Shown piece after piece: positions 49,605-62,240 of a DNA stretch of 64,000 nt (position 1 is its first letter; every line of letters begins with the position of its first letter). The notes beneath the pieces were generated by a model. The model saw only the letters and a list, made by a program, of their open reading frames with translations, was not told where the DNA came from and ran no database searches. The stretch covers positions 1-64,000 of IMG/VR virus record IMGVR_UViG_641736147_000004; one strand, 5' to 3'. The translations under genes and the position numbers were made by a program. Source of the stretch: a virus. Lineage: Duplodnaviria; Caudoviricetes.

Positions 49605-49813
49605 AAAAACACCTCCCCCTCTTGCATGTTAACAATCTTTTAAATTAATAAATTTAATAAATTATTTACCTTTCCGCAAAATGGGAGGTGTTATCTTATT
49701 TACCGTAACGGTGTTATTTTATATTTGTTTAATTTACATTATATTTATACACTACCATATTTTAAAAATTTAAGTCAATATTTTTATATAAAATAATATA
49801 ATAAATATTTACA

Positions 49814-52800
49814 TTAGCTAAATGCTCTATAAATACCTACTTTATTCATTTCTTGTTTCATTCTTGTGATAATGCCGTTTCCTGCATCCTTAATTTGAGG
49901 TATAGCACCCTTATCTAAATTTCCTTCAACATTAATAAGATTATCAATTTTAAGTTCAACAGGTTGTCGTTTATTTACATTAACATTAGGTAAATCAATT
50001 TTTGGTAAGTTTATTTTTGGTTGTTGTATGAATTTAGCCATATTAGGTAGATAATCTTTTATATCTATCATAGCTTGTGTTTGGTCTGCATTTAGAACTA
50101 ATTCTGGTTTTGTGTCAGTACCATCTAACCAGTGAAATCCTGTACTTGTATTCAATCCACCATCTTTATGTTTTTTATACTTACCTATTAACTCTTGGGC
50201 TTGTTTCCTCAAATCAGCTTCAGCCTTTGTATCACCATTTCTTTGTGCTTCTAAGAACTTTTCTATTAATGCCTTATATTCTTTAGTTTCGTAGATATTG
50301 TCCCACTCATATACGCCTTTTTCTATATTACCAAAATGAGTTATTTCAGTAGGTTTTTCTGTATCACCCATGATATAATCTTCATCATATCCTACTGCTT
50401 TCTTCCATTTTTTCTTATCATATAGCGTATTGAAATGTTGCATTAAGTCTATAGCATTTTTCAAATTGTCACATATTTTTTTCTTAATGGTTTCCCCCAT
50501 TACACCAAATATCTTTTCACTATCTTCACCATATTTAATTAAGAAATCCTTAAGTGTATCAAAGTTATTCTGCATAAGCATTTCTCTTGCTTTAGCGTAT
50601 AAATTTTCTTTCTTGAGTTTTTCTTTATTTGCTCTCTCTAGTGCTTTAACTTCCCTATCATATCTTTTTTTAGCTTCTTTATATTTCTTGTTTTCAGTAT
50701 CTATCTTATCCTTAATATTCTTCTTTTTAGAATCTAACTCATCTTTAAGATTTTTCTTTCTTAAAGTAATATCCCTATCATGTTGAAATTGCTTAATTTC
50801 TTCATCTTTCTTTTTAATCTGCTCTAATAAGCTTTCTCGCTTTCCTTTTGCTTCTAAGGATGAATCCATCATTAATGCATCACGTTGAGCTTCTAATTTA
50901 GATTTTTCTTTTTGCTTTTTATTTAAATCTTTATCATACTTATCTTTAGATTCTTTATTATCAATTTCTTTAATCTTAGCATTATAATCTTCTTCATAAT
51001 GCCTTAACTCATCATTCCAGAGTTCTATTTTTTTGTTGTGCTCATCTTCAAATATTTCTAGTGCAGTTTTACTACCATCTTTAATAAGTTTTAATTGTTC
51101 ATCGTTAAGATTTTTTGCTAATAATAATTCTTTAGCTTTCTTTTCTTTAGCGAGTTCTAATTCTTTCTCATATTGTTTCTTTAAAGCGCCAACTATTTTA
51201 TCTTGCATATTAGACAACTCATCAAGTTGAGACTTTCTGATTTCTTCTAGCGTTTCTAAAGTTTGTTGTAAGTTCTTATTACTTTCATTAATCTTGCCTT
51301 CGTACTCATCTAATAAGCTATTTAACAAATTCCATTCTAATGTATTTTCTTGCAGTGCGTTTCTTTGTCTAGTAATCTCGTTTCTAATACCTATCATTTG
51401 AACTAAATAAGATTTTTGTTGTGATATTAGTTGACCTGTTAGTTGTGCCTTTTTAATATAATCTACATTTTCTTTTTCATAAATATTAAAAATATCTAAA
51501 TTTGCTTGCGCTAAATCTATTTGCTTTTGCTCTAGTCTTAATTGCTCATCGTAACTAGCTTTTTGAATTTCAACTCTTTCCTTAATAGTAGCATTTATTT
51601 CTTGTTCCATTTTTAATTCGTCTTGCGCCGATTTATTAAAAAGCTCCTTAGTGCTTTCATAGTCTTTTCTCATTTCTTGAAACATTTTAGAACCCTTGTC
51701 ATATGCTTCTTTCCACTTCTTAGCTTTGTCACCACCACCGAAATCAATTTCTTTGCCATAATGTTCGTTGTATAGTTTATCCCATTGCACAGAATTCAAT
51801 TTAGATAAATCTTTTCCTTTCATCCAAGACCATCTTGTCCAAATTTCTTTTTGAATTGCTTTTGATTTTTCATTGGCTTGACTTTGTGCTGATTGCAATT
51901 TTTTTACTTTAATTCGTTGTTGGTCTAACTTAGCATTTTCCTCATCTATGATTTGGGCGTAGTTAGATTTTGATTCTATTGATTGTAAATTAGCTATTCT
52001 TTGAGTAATATTAGTTATATTTTTATCCGTTTGTTCTATAGAGTTATTTATTGTTTTAATAATACCATCTATTTCATTCAATGCTTGTCCTGCAAATTTA
52101 TATTTAGTATTATCTGTATGATATTTTGATTTACTACCACCTCGTCCACGTGTAGAATGACCTCCAGAACCAACTTTAGAAAAATCGGCTGATTCCCATT
52201 TTGAATTTTTTATCTTGTTTTTAGTATCATCAATATCTTTTTCCATTATTTCTAAAGCTTTGATATATCCTTCTAATTGCTTTATATCACCCAATTTTTT
52301 CGCAAGGTCTTGTTCGCCTTCTGCTGACAAATCACCAGCTTTCCAACTTAAAAACTGACCTTTCATACTTTCATTCATTTTTTGCATAGCCTTTTTCATA
52401 CCAGTGATACCCATTCCGGCTTGTTTAATCCACTGTTGACCTATATTACGAGTTAATATTCCATTTATTTTTTGCTTCGTTAACGCTATAGACTTAAAGT
52501 TATCAAGATCAATATTATATGCGCTTGCTATATTTTTAAATGCTGTTTGATGCTTTGCATAAACTTCTGCACAAAATGTACTATTCATTTCTAGTTTTGC
52601 GCCTATAGCATTTAGAGCATTTTGTTTTTCTTGACTTACGACTCCTTGCAATTTTTTATACAATGTCTTTTCATCATTTAAATAAGGTATTAATTCGCTA
52701 TGCTTATTTATAATTTCTGCTAGACTTTCAGCAGATAAATGCCCATTCTCTTTTAATTCTTTTAAATATCCTGTATATTCTTTAATAGAACTTACTGAAT

Positions 52801-55800
52801 TTTTATAAGTCTTATCTAGTCGTTCTTGTTGTTCTTTGATGTTTCCGATAGAATTCGATATTGCCGTACCTTCTTTAGCAATTTCACTACCATCAAACAT
52901 TTTAATCATATTTGTTAAATTAATCTTATTTTGACCACTAGCTTTTTTAATTTCATCCTTTAAGATTTTAACAAATAAATCCGAATTTTTCTTTAAATAT
53001 TCTTTATCTACAGATAAAGGCATTATTTTCGTTAGCTCAAGAGGACTCATCTTTAAAGTTTTAGCTAATGATAATATAGAATCAAAATACTTTTTTAAAT
53101 CTTCCTGTTTGGGATCTTTTAATTGTGCCACCATTTTAATATTAGAGTAATTGGGGTCGTTCTCTATTTTATCTTTAAATTTCTGAATCTCCACTTGTAA
53201 CCCAGTAAAGTCCAAATTATTATCCTTATCTATGAATTTACTAAAGTCTATTTTTATTTCTGCTAATTTTTTTGTGAAATTATCAATATTTTTTAATGCA
53301 AATACAGCGTCTATATTAGGTTTAATTACTTTTAATTTTTCCATCATTTGTGCGCCTGTAGTTTTCATTTCACCTAATTGATTTCGATATTCTTCTGTTT
53401 TCCTATTCAGTTCTTCTTGCTGTACTTTTGTCAATCCTATATTACGTTTTATTTGTTGCAATCCTTCTATCGTATGACGGTAATAATATCCATTTTTATC
53501 TAAGTTACCACCGCCATTTTTAATCATTTCAGCTTGATGTTGAAGTTGTGCATACTTTTTTTTTAATTTAGCATATTCGCCTTGTTGTTCTTTTAATGTA
53601 TCATTTCCACTATTTACTAACTTTTGATTCTCTATTTGATTTTTTTGTTTTAATAATTCAATTAATTCTTTTGTAGATTTAGATTGTAACTCAATTTCCC
53701 CAGTTTCAGAATTGATCCCTTTAATTAACTCTGGAAATTTATCAACTAACTGTTGTTTAATACTTTTTAATTTTTCTTGTTCTTCAGTAGTTAATTTAGT
53801 CTTCTTAGATAAATTATCATACTCCTTACCCTCTGTACGAAGATAGGTTATCATATCATTATTGGATTTTATATTTTGTTGTACTGATTGTTCAAGCTCT
53901 TGACTTTTGTGTTTTGATTCACTCATCTTATTAATTAGTTTACTAATGCAAGAAATAACACCTGTAATAGCTAATGATATACCCAATGTTAATGTTGTTT
54001 GCAAAGCTATTGCTGATATTCTAGAATAATCTAATGCTGTTTTTAATGTAAATAAACTTCCTCTAAAAACTCCCATTTCAGCTGTAGAAGTTTTAAATAG
54101 CCATGTTAAATTATTAATTGAAACTTTCATTTTTCCTAAAGAAACATTCATAAAATCACTAACTTCTGAAAATGATTTTATTCCAACTATCCATTCTTTA
54201 AACTTTTTGCTGGATAGTAATAGAACCACATTCAATGATGTTAAAGCTATATTTAATCCTCCAAATTTGTCAACTAAATTAAGTATTCCTGTACCCATAT
54301 CAACTATTGATTTTAAAGCACCGCTATTCATTGAGTTATTAAATACAACTTCCCATTTAGCTTTAAATTTATCTATAGCACCAGATAATGAATTTAAATA
54401 TACTTCATATTGTTTATTTGTTTCTCCGTTAGCTTTCATTACTTCATCGTAAATTTGTTGTGACCTGGATACTCCATTTACATCTTTAGCAAGTCCCTGC
54501 ATTAAAGCACTAAAACGAGATATTTGGTAAACTCCCAAAGAACTTGATACCATTGCTCTTTGCTTATCATTCATATCATTCCATTTACTTGCTAATTCTT
54601 GAAGTATCTCGCCGACAGGTCGTAATTGACCTGCCATTGCCCCTGTTTTTACTCCGAATTTTTCAAGAGTATTAATAGTTTGGCTAAAATCTTTATTAAC
54701 TTCTCCTGTATCTTTTTTCACTTGTTGAAATTTGGCGAAAATTGTTTTTAAGGATGTTCCAATCGTTTCACCACTTTCCCTTGTTTTTTCGGAAATTATA
54801 GCACCCATTGTTGCTAATTCCTGTAATGAAACCTTTCCTTCTTTCGCCATTGCACCAGATTTCTGGATTATTTGACCTACTTCGACAGCTGAAGTACCTG
54901 AATTTGCACCTACCTTAACTAAAGTATCTGAAAGTTCTTGTGCATCTACTTGTAACGAATTAATACCTGCTGTCATTAATTCAGTTGATTGATTAATATC
55001 TCCATTAATAACCTTATTAAATTTACTGAAGATCTGCATTCTTTTGTTTGTTTCATCTATTGCTACTTGTATACCCCTACTTTCGTAGTATTTTAAAGGG
55101 AATAGACTATATCTTCTAATAACATGATTATTAGTGTAGCACTTCCAAATAAGGAATTTCACCTTAAATGTACGGATTTCATCTCCTTGTCATATAAGAT
55201 TTAGGAGGTATATCCTAGTCGTTTGACCTTCAAATAGATTTATCTATAAGCTTGGCACAGGATTATCATATCGCTACCGACTTAGATTTTCCCTGTTAGC
55301 ATATCTCCCAACTATCATTTCCTATAGCTACTAAACGTGAGATACACACCCTAGATTTCTAGGTTCACTACATTTTATAAGAGCTATTTTTTAACCCTTG
55401 TCTTGTTAATTCTACTGTTAGTTTACTCATATCGGTTAGTGTAGTAGCTAAATCAACACTCATTTTAGAATATGAATTTGCTAATTTGTCCGTCTGTTCT
55501 TGTGTCATCCCGCTAATTTCACGCACTTGTACCATTTGTTGGTCTAAGCGTACCATAAAGTCTGTTGCCTCTTTTGCCTTACTAAATGCTTTATACACCA
55601 ATCCAACAGTTAAAGCCATTGAAGCCATTTGTTTAATACTATTACCCATTCTTTCAAATGCAGTAGATATATGTTGATTACTAACTTTTACAGCTTCACT
55701 ATTCTGATAAATTTTTTGAGTGTTCCTATCAACTGTAACACCAAATTCTCTAATTCGATTATTTGTACCTTGTGTGGCTACTGTCATCTTAACTTGAGAA

Positions 55801-56645
55801 TTACCTGCACTATCTAAAGTACGTTTATAGTTCTTAATTGACGCATCAGCACCATATATAGCTTGTATTTGTGATTTTATATATGTATCATCACCGAACA
55901 TACCACTAGAAGCAAAGCCTTTTTGTTGTCCTAGTTTTTGCACTCTTTTCTGTTCGTTTACAATCATTTTTTGTACTCGTTTTTCTTCCGCTTCAGCTAT
56001 TTTATTTTCTGTTTCTACAGCCTTCTGTTCTTTTTCTTTTAATGCTTTAAGCCAAAATTGTTCGTATTGTTGTCCATTATTTCTAGTTATTCTAGCTTGT
56101 TGTTGTGCTATACTCTCATTACTACCTGTAATTGCTTGTTCAATTTTCCTTTGTGTGTCAGTAGTGATTTTTAATCTATTTTGTTCCTCTTGATACGCCA
56201 ATTTCCTAGCAACATCATTTGCTTGTTCTTGAGACTGTCGTATTTTACTTGCATTAACAGATACATCTTTATACTTATCAATAACTTTACCTGTTTCTGC
56301 GTCTAATCTTTCAGTAAGTTTAACAACTTCACCTACCCCATTAGACCATTCTTTAACATTTTTAACAGGTACAAAACTATCTCCAACTTGTTTCATTTTA
56401 GTTGATACTTTATCTAAGTCTTGAGATATTTGTTTGAAACCATTACTATTTAATTTAATTTCATTAGATTGCAATTGTTGTTGTAAATTTTTATAATCAT
56501 TAATGATCTTGTCAAAATTAACATTATTAAAATTAAGATTAACTTTATAATCTTTTTGCAATTCGTTGACAATTTGATTTAAATTTTGTTTAGCTTCCTC
56601 AAAATTAAATCCAACTCCGAACTGAATTCCATACGTTTCGGGCAT
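49814..56645 (-). CDS. Tail tape measure protein, two exons (56645-55394 and 55065-49814; 2167 aa spliced)
   Basis: TMP core motifs, long coiled coils, C-terminal HKDGG..PELVLNADQT; spliced junction reads LTRQG-L-AIDET. Confidence 0.9.
55066..55393 (-). ncRNA. Group I self-splicing intron, 328 nt, no homing endonuclease
   Basis: P1 AAGGGU/GCUCUU with U-G at the 5' splice site; R AAACGACUAG; S AAGAUAUAGUCU; terminal G; removal restores the frame. Confidence 0.92.
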
Positions 56646-56723
56646 AACTTCTACCTCCTTTCTATACAAAATAAAAAAAACTTAGCATATAAACTAAGTT
56701 CTTCAACACATGACCTAATTATC

Positions 56724-57191
56724 TTATATAATTGTTATTCCTCTGCTTCTCATATAACCTAAAAATGCATTAATAGCACGTTTAGTATCATTTAACTCTT
56801 TAATTGTATCGTCAGTAAATCCTTGTGTATGAGGTGCAAATATATTACTACCTTCATCTAACCATTGTGCAATATAGTTCATGCCTACTTGTTGACCTGC
56901 TTGTATACCTAATTTATTACTTCCCCACCAAGATTCATGGGTAAACTCAGGATTGAAATGCACTTGTGCTTTTAACACACCATTTTCGTCTACTACACCA
57001 TCTATTTCGATAGATTTTAATAATTCATACGTCCTTTGATAACTGTCACTAGATGGATTTGAATATACTTTATCTAATACTTGTTTTTTTAATTCATTTT
57101 TTATTATTCTACTAACATCATCTTGTAAAGCCTTGATAGCTTGTTTTTTAATTGCTAACTCTAGTTGAGACATATTAGAAAAGTATGGCAT
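56724..57191 (-). CDS. Putative tail-associated structural protein
   Basis: VY..YQRTYELLKSI pattern; directly upstream of the TMP gene. Confidence 0.55.
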   Translation of the reverse strand: MPYFSNMSQLELAIKKQAIKALQDDVSRIIKNELKKQVLDKVYSNPSSDSYQRTYELLKSIEIDGVVDENGVLKAQVHFNPEFTHESWWGSNKLGIQAGQQVGMNYIAQWLDEGSNIFAPHTQGFTDDTIKELNDTKRAINAFLGYMRSRGITII

Positions 57192-57754
57192 TATTCATCA
57201 CCATCCAATCCTAGCTCTTTAATTTGTTCTTCAAGTTCTGCTTTCTTTTTTAATTTTAATTGTAATTCTTTTGTTTCTTGTAATTCTTTTAAAACTTGTT
57301 CCGTATTTATATTCTCATTATTTTCTTTTTTTACTTCTTCAATCATTTCTCTTTGCTTATTGGTGTCCATATTAATTAATTTATCTACACCTTCATTAGC
57401 TGTCTTTTCTATTAATTCAGGAATAATCATATGTAATAATTCTTCTTCTACATTTATCACGTCTTCACTAGGACTTATTAATATTTCTATAATTTCTGCC
57501 TTTTTAAAATTTTCTAAATTAATATTTGTAAACATATTTAATATTTCTATTCTATCTTCTAAATTATAAGATACTTGTCCCTTTTCTAAAGTCTTTTTAT
57601 TACTCTCTAAGAAACTAGTCATGAAATTACAAAAACTCAACATATTATATTCATTTAATTTATATATTTCAACATTTCCAACCTGTTTTAATAGTTGTGG
57701 TTTTGTATCCACTGTTCTCTTACCCATAAAACTTTCTTTATTTAATTTATTCAT
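57191..57754 (-). CDS. Putative tail assembly chaperone / hypothetical protein
   Basis: Position; acidic and helical; TAATG coupling. Confidence 0.45.
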   Translation of the reverse strand: MNKLNKESFMGKRTVDTKPQLLKQVGNVEIYKLNEYNMLSFCNFMTSFLESNKKTLEKGQVSYNLEDRIEILNMFTNINLENFKKAEIIEILISPSEDVINVEEELLHMIIPELIEKTANEGVDKLINMDTNKQREMIEEVKKENNENINTEQVLKELQETKELQLKLKKKAELEEQIKELGLDGDE

Positions 57755-57828
57755 AATAATCTACTCCTTATATATTTTTATTATTCTTACCATATAAAAA
57801 AGAGACAGGTATTTTTACCTATCTCTTA

Positions 57829-58302
57829 CTAATTAAATGCGTATTTTCTTATTGTTTGTGTTATTTGTTCTAAAATAGTACTTTCTAATATTATATTTCT
57901 TTCTTCATTATTATCTTTATAGCCTAATAATAAATAACTTTTTACTTCTGATTTTTTCTTCATGCCGAATGCTAATACACCAAACATGATTAATTTCCCC
58001 AAACCAACAGATTGATTAATCTGAGTTTCACTCTGTATCTCTGCTTTAGTAATATCTTTCATATTAATAATTTTTGTAATTGGGTTTACACCAAATGTTT
58101 CTAGGGTTATTTCATTTTCTTTTATATAAAGAGTAGCGTCTTTACCACCTGCCAAATCTGGTAAACCGCCTATATATCTAGCATAATGATCACTCATCAC
58201 AATACCATTCAGCTTTTCCTTTTGTTGGGTTTTACTCATATCTTTCATTAGTAAAAATGCTATACCAAAACAAACACACATTATAATAAACGCCGTACTC
58301 AT
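57829..58302 (-). CDS. Membrane-anchored moron protein
   Basis: N-terminal TM, YIGGLP, GVLAFGMKKK; own terminator at ~57796-57827. Confidence 0.65.
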   Translation of the reverse strand: MSTAFIIMCVCFGIAFLLMKDMSKTQQKEKLNGIVMSDHYARYIGGLPDLAGGKDATLYIKENEITLETFGVNPITKIINMKDITKAEIQSETQINQSVGLGKLIMFGVLAFGMKKKSEVKSYLLLGYKDNNEERNIILESTILEQITQTIRKYAFN

Positions 58303-58351
58303 ATCTATTCATCTCCAATCTATTAGTATCTGTATATTACTTGTATTACTA

Positions 58352-60346
58352 TTATATAATAATACTATAATTATTACCACAATTATCAATATTTATATTA
58401 AAATTTCTCATAAAAAAGAGGACTAACTTTTTAGCTAGTCCTTCAAAATTATTTTTAATATCATCAGGGAATATCCCTATATAATAAATATCATCTCGTG
58501 ATTTATAAAACTCTTCTTTTGCTTTTGTTTTTATTTCATAATTCTTAATAATTTTATTATCTTCCCTATTTTCTTGATACAATCCATAATATTCTATTAC
58601 TATGGGCTTATCTAATTTAATCTTTTTATTATTATGTGATATATACTCTATAATAAAATCTGGACAAAATCTTGTGTATTTTGAATTTTCTATTTTAAAG
58701 GTGTACTTACCCTTACGCATTTTACCAACGCTTTTAATATATTTAAATAGTACATGATTCTGTATATATTCATATACGTCTCTTTCTTGGTAACTATCAA
58801 ACACATTACCATCTTCTGACGTTATATCTTCAAAATTATCAATTGTCCATTTATCTTTATATTCAGGAAACGATAAACACGCCCATTCATAATAATTACT
58901 AAACCTTTTTCTGTCTATATGTTTGTTAAATTTAGGGCATATTTGATTCATAACATTACGGGTTAAATACTTAGGAATATCTTTAACAGGATTATCAATT
59001 AAATTACCCATTCTGAAAATGACAAAATCTTTTAACGCTTGTATTAAAAAATCCTTAGCATATATGTTCCATTGATGCCATTCCCATTTAAACAATAAAT
59101 GTCTTTCTTTAATTTCTGGATACGTATCAATTAGCACATCATATAGACTGCGATAATATTGTGAGTATGAGGGTACTAATTTTGCTATATCCGATTGTTT
59201 AAAATACTTATATATCCATTGTTGTAATAACAACGTGTCATCCATTATGGATAAAATATTGGTCTCACATTCACATTCACAATATTCTTTTATACGCTCA
59301 ATTCTATGTTCTCTATTTGCCCAATAGTTACTAGTTAATTTATTAAAATCATATGGTCGATATTGTCTGTTTTTACTATTATTGTATATTTGCTTTTTAT
59401 TAAAATACCACAGCCACATATCAATAATACTACAAAAGTTATGCGTAGTAAAACTATACATCGATTTATCTATTTTTCTATTAATCACTGTTGTCGTTAA
59501 TATATCGTTCAATGTAATATTCTTTTGTTGAATAAAATTTTCTATTATAGACATCCGACCTTCCTCTGTTGCATATTTGTGGTTAACAACGCCCTTTTTA
59601 AACATACCTTCTAGTTCATCAATACAAAAATTTAAGCACATAGGCAACCCATTAAACATACTATTAATAATTTGTGCTAATCTATATTTTTTGAATAAGT
59701 TAATACTAGCTTTTCCATTTAATATATCATCAAGAGTCAATTTTTCTATATCAAAAAGAACATATCTAATTATCATTTTTATATTATTTTTATCTTGATA
59801 AATATGCGAAGGCATTTTCAACATATTGTTTTGTATATAACAATTATACCACTGTATGGGATTTAAATCTGTAGCCTTCTTAATATCTAAACCATATTGT
59901 TCATATCTATGAATCGTATTAATTTGACGTTGTTTCTTTCTACTACACTCTATACAATTAGCTTTCCCATTTTTAAACTTATGTATGGGTAATATTTCAT
60001 GACAACACCTACATTCTTTTTCTGTCATATATTTAATTATAGCATATTGATCGCATTTCTTACGTTTAGGTTTTTGTGGATCTAAATATAATATTGGGTT
60101 AATATATTTATGCCACAGTACAGTTCCCTCTTGTTGAAAGTAATTATAAAATTGGCTTCTACTGATATATCCATTTTTAATAGACATATCTTTTTCTTGA
60201 GGATATTTCTTTTCTTGTTCACAATATGTAATAATATAATTCATTAAATATTTACCTTCATCATCTAATTTATAATACTCATCTGAAATCTCGTATACAA
60301 TATGCAACTGTTTTAATTCGTTTAAATTTAATTTTACCTCTTCCAT
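58352..60346 (-). CDS. Large putative endonuclease (Zn finger, helical repeats, C-terminal PD-(D/E)xK-like domain)
   Basis: CRCC..CIEC; FDSYQE..FCPDFIIE..VIEYYG; AGGAGG RBS before ATG 60346. Confidence 0.55.
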   Translation of the reverse strand: MEEVKLNLNELKQLHIVYEISDEYYKLDDEGKYLMNYIITYCEQEKKYPQEKDMSIKNGYISRSQFYNYFQQEGTVLWHKYINPILYLDPQKPKRKKCDQYAIIKYMTEKECRCCHEILPIHKFKNGKANCIECSRKKQRQINTIHRYEQYGLDIKKATDLNPIQWYNCYIQNNMLKMPSHIYQDKNNIKMIIRYVLFDIEKLTLDDILNGKASINLFKKYRLAQIINSMFNGLPMCLNFCIDELEGMFKKGVVNHKYATEEGRMSIIENFIQQKNITLNDILTTTVINRKIDKSMYSFTTHNFCSIIDMWLWYFNKKQIYNNSKNRQYRPYDFNKLTSNYWANREHRIERIKEYCECECETNILSIMDDTLLLQQWIYKYFKQSDIAKLVPSYSQYYRSLYDVLIDTYPEIKERHLLFKWEWHQWNIYAKDFLIQALKDFVIFRMGNLIDNPVKDIPKYLTRNVMNQICPKFNKHIDRKRFSNYYEWACLSFPEYKDKWTIDNFEDITSEDGNVFDSYQERDVYEYIQNHVLFKYIKSVGKMRKGKYTFKIENSKYTRFCPDFIIEYISHNNKKIKLDKPIVIEYYGLYQENREDNKIIKNYEIKTKAKEEFYKSRDDIYYIGIFPDDIKNNFEGLAKKLVLFFMRNFNINIDNCGNNYSIII

Positions 60347-60397
60347 TATTATTCCTCCTGTAGAATCTATGTTTTCCTGATTTTTTACAAAATAAAA

Positions 60398-60462
60398 AGA
60401 GGAAACGAAGTTCAGGAACACTTCGCTTTTGCTAAGGCTCATGACTTCCTTAACTATCCTCT
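60398..60462 (-). ncRNA. Structured leader / small RNA with three-way junction
   Basis: AGAGGA/UCCUCU outer stem, two inner hairpins and a U-run; starts just after TTGATA-17-TATAAT (60499-60471). Confidence 0.55.
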
Positions 60463-60526
60463 ATATCTATATTATAGAGTCTTTACTCTTTAATATCAAA
60501 TTTAATGTTACTTTTTTAATATTCCC

Positions 60527-60724
60527 TTAAGCACTCTCAAAATGAGGTATAGTTAATCCTAAATCTATTAACTTATCTAACATCTCAACTCTTTTCTCGT
60601 ACCATTCTTCACTTAATACTTTAGCTAATTTTTTATTGCTAACTAGCCAATAGTCTTCTATATCATCTATAAACTGCAACCATCTATTGTATCCAACTTT
60701 TATAACATATTTGTATTCTTCCAT
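60527..60724 (-). CDS. Hypothetical protein
   Basis: AGGGGG RBS. Confidence 0.55.
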   Translation of the reverse strand: MEEYKYVIKVGYNRWLQFIDDIEDYWLVSNKKLAKVLSEEWYEKRVEMLDKLIDLGLTIPHFESA

Positions 60725-60767
60725 TCTTAATCCCCCTAATCAAGCACATTCTTAATATTTCAATCTT

Positions 60768-61070
60768 TTAAACTAATTCCCATTGACCAATTTCTAAATA
60801 ATCTTCAATATCCCAACCCTCATACCAAACTAGATACTTTTTAAACTTAACTATTCCCTCTTTAACTCTTAATGTATTAGTATTAAATGTATCATCAAAT
60901 ACTTCACTATTATTAAGATGATACACACTTGCTACTTCATATCCTAAAATCTCATCTTTATGTTTTTCTATTATTTCTAAACTATCTGTATATGTAACTA
61001 CGTTGTGTAATTTACCCTTCTTATCTTTGTATCTCCCCTCAATTATTAGATAAATTGTTTTTACTTCCAT
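60768..61070 (-). CDS. Hypothetical protein, paralog of 34200-34502
   Basis: Direct sequence comparison. Confidence 0.75.
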   Translation of the reverse strand: MEVKTIYLIIEGRYKDKKGKLHNVVTYTDSLEIIEKHKDEILGYEVASVYHLNNSEVFDDTFNTNTLRVKEGIVKFKKYLVWYEGWDIEDYLEIGQWELV

Positions 61071-61259
61071 AATTAAAACCTCCTATTTATTTTTTGGATT
61101 TGTTGGTTTCATTTACCTTATGAATATACTATATCACCCATTATATATATTGTCAACTATATATATTATATATTTTATATATTGTTTGTTATATATATTG
61201 AATATATTATATAGAGTTGGTATACTATATAATAAGAAATAGTTATATAGGAGGGTATT

Positions 61260-61454
61260 ATGAAAATTACAATAGATACTGTATTAGAAGAACAATCAAA
61301 AACTCGTTATTGGTTAGCTCAGCAAACAGGTATTACATATCCTAGTATAATGAGAATAGCAAATAATAAATCTACATCTATAACCTTTGATAATTTACAA
61401 AAAATCTGCATAGCTCTAAATTGCACACCAAATGATATACTCCAAATAGATTAA
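61260..61454 (+). CDS. XRE/Cro-family HTH repressor
   Basis: TRYWLAQQTGITYPSIMRIANN..ICIALNCTPNDIL. Confidence 0.88.
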   Translation: MKITIDTVLEEQSKTRYWLAQQTGITYPSIMRIANNKSTSITFDNLQKICIALNCTPNDILQID

Positions 61455-61564
61455 AACCCTATAGCTCACCATTATATAACCAACCTATTTCTCCGCAATA
61501 AAAAAAGAACTACCTTACCATGAAGTAGTTCTTTACATATATATAAAATATTACAATATACTAT

Positions 61565-62221
61565 TTATAATTCTATATAGAGTTCACTATTTTCTTTTAT
61601 AACATTAATATTTCTATTTTCTAATTTATATTTATCTGTTTGGGTAAATAAAATTATATCTTTTTTTATTATTTCTTCTTCATCCATATAACTAAAATCC
61701 ATTTTATAAATGTTATATTTAAAAAATATATTAATTATCGGGTTTATATAAAATAAATTATTTTTTATATATACATATCCTATAAGAATCCAAAGTATTA
61801 AAAACTGACAAAGTCCTGAAATAGTATTTAGATTTAATGTAATGAAAGGGAAGATATACGCTGAAAAATAAGTTAATACATATTCATAATTTAAATTATT
61901 TATCTTTAAAATTTTAATTGTAAATGTTTCATCAGAATACTTATTTATTTCATTTAACATTTTTTTTACTAATAAAAATGATATTATAATTAAAATTATA
62001 CAAATTATTATTAGGTATGTTTCCAAATATTTAAAAAAACTTTTTATTACAAATACTTTAGAACCCTTGATTGCAAAATTAATTTTGATATTATCATTAA
62101 TAAGTTTATTATATAACGAACTTATATTTTGAATAAAAATAATCAAATATAATGGCACATAAGATGATATAAACAATACTATTTCATTTCTAACTTTCGA
62201 ATTTTTAAACATATACCACAC
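61565..62221 (-). CDS. kwaA: Kiwa anti-phage membrane protein KwaA-like
   Basis: LFISSYVPLY..YFSAYIFPF..YIKNNLFYINP; four TM segments. Confidence 0.75.
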   Translation of the reverse strand: MWYMFKNSKVRNEIVLFISSYVPLYLIIFIQNISSLYNKLINDNIKINFAIKGSKVFVIKSFFKYLETYLIIICIILIIISFLLVKKMLNEINKYSDETFTIKILKINNLNYEYVLTYFSAYIFPFITLNLNTISGLCQFLILWILIGYVYIKNNLFYINPIINIFFKYNIYKMDFSYMDEEEIIKKDIILFTQTDKYKLENRNINVIKENSELYIEL

Positions 62222-62240
62222 CTTCCACTTTTAGTTGAAT

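Noticed and set aside
55066-55393. Two separate tape-measure genes or a programmed frameshift
   Set aside because: The group I intron explains the break exactly; the ORF-track N-terminus MKFLIWKC... is intron sequence.
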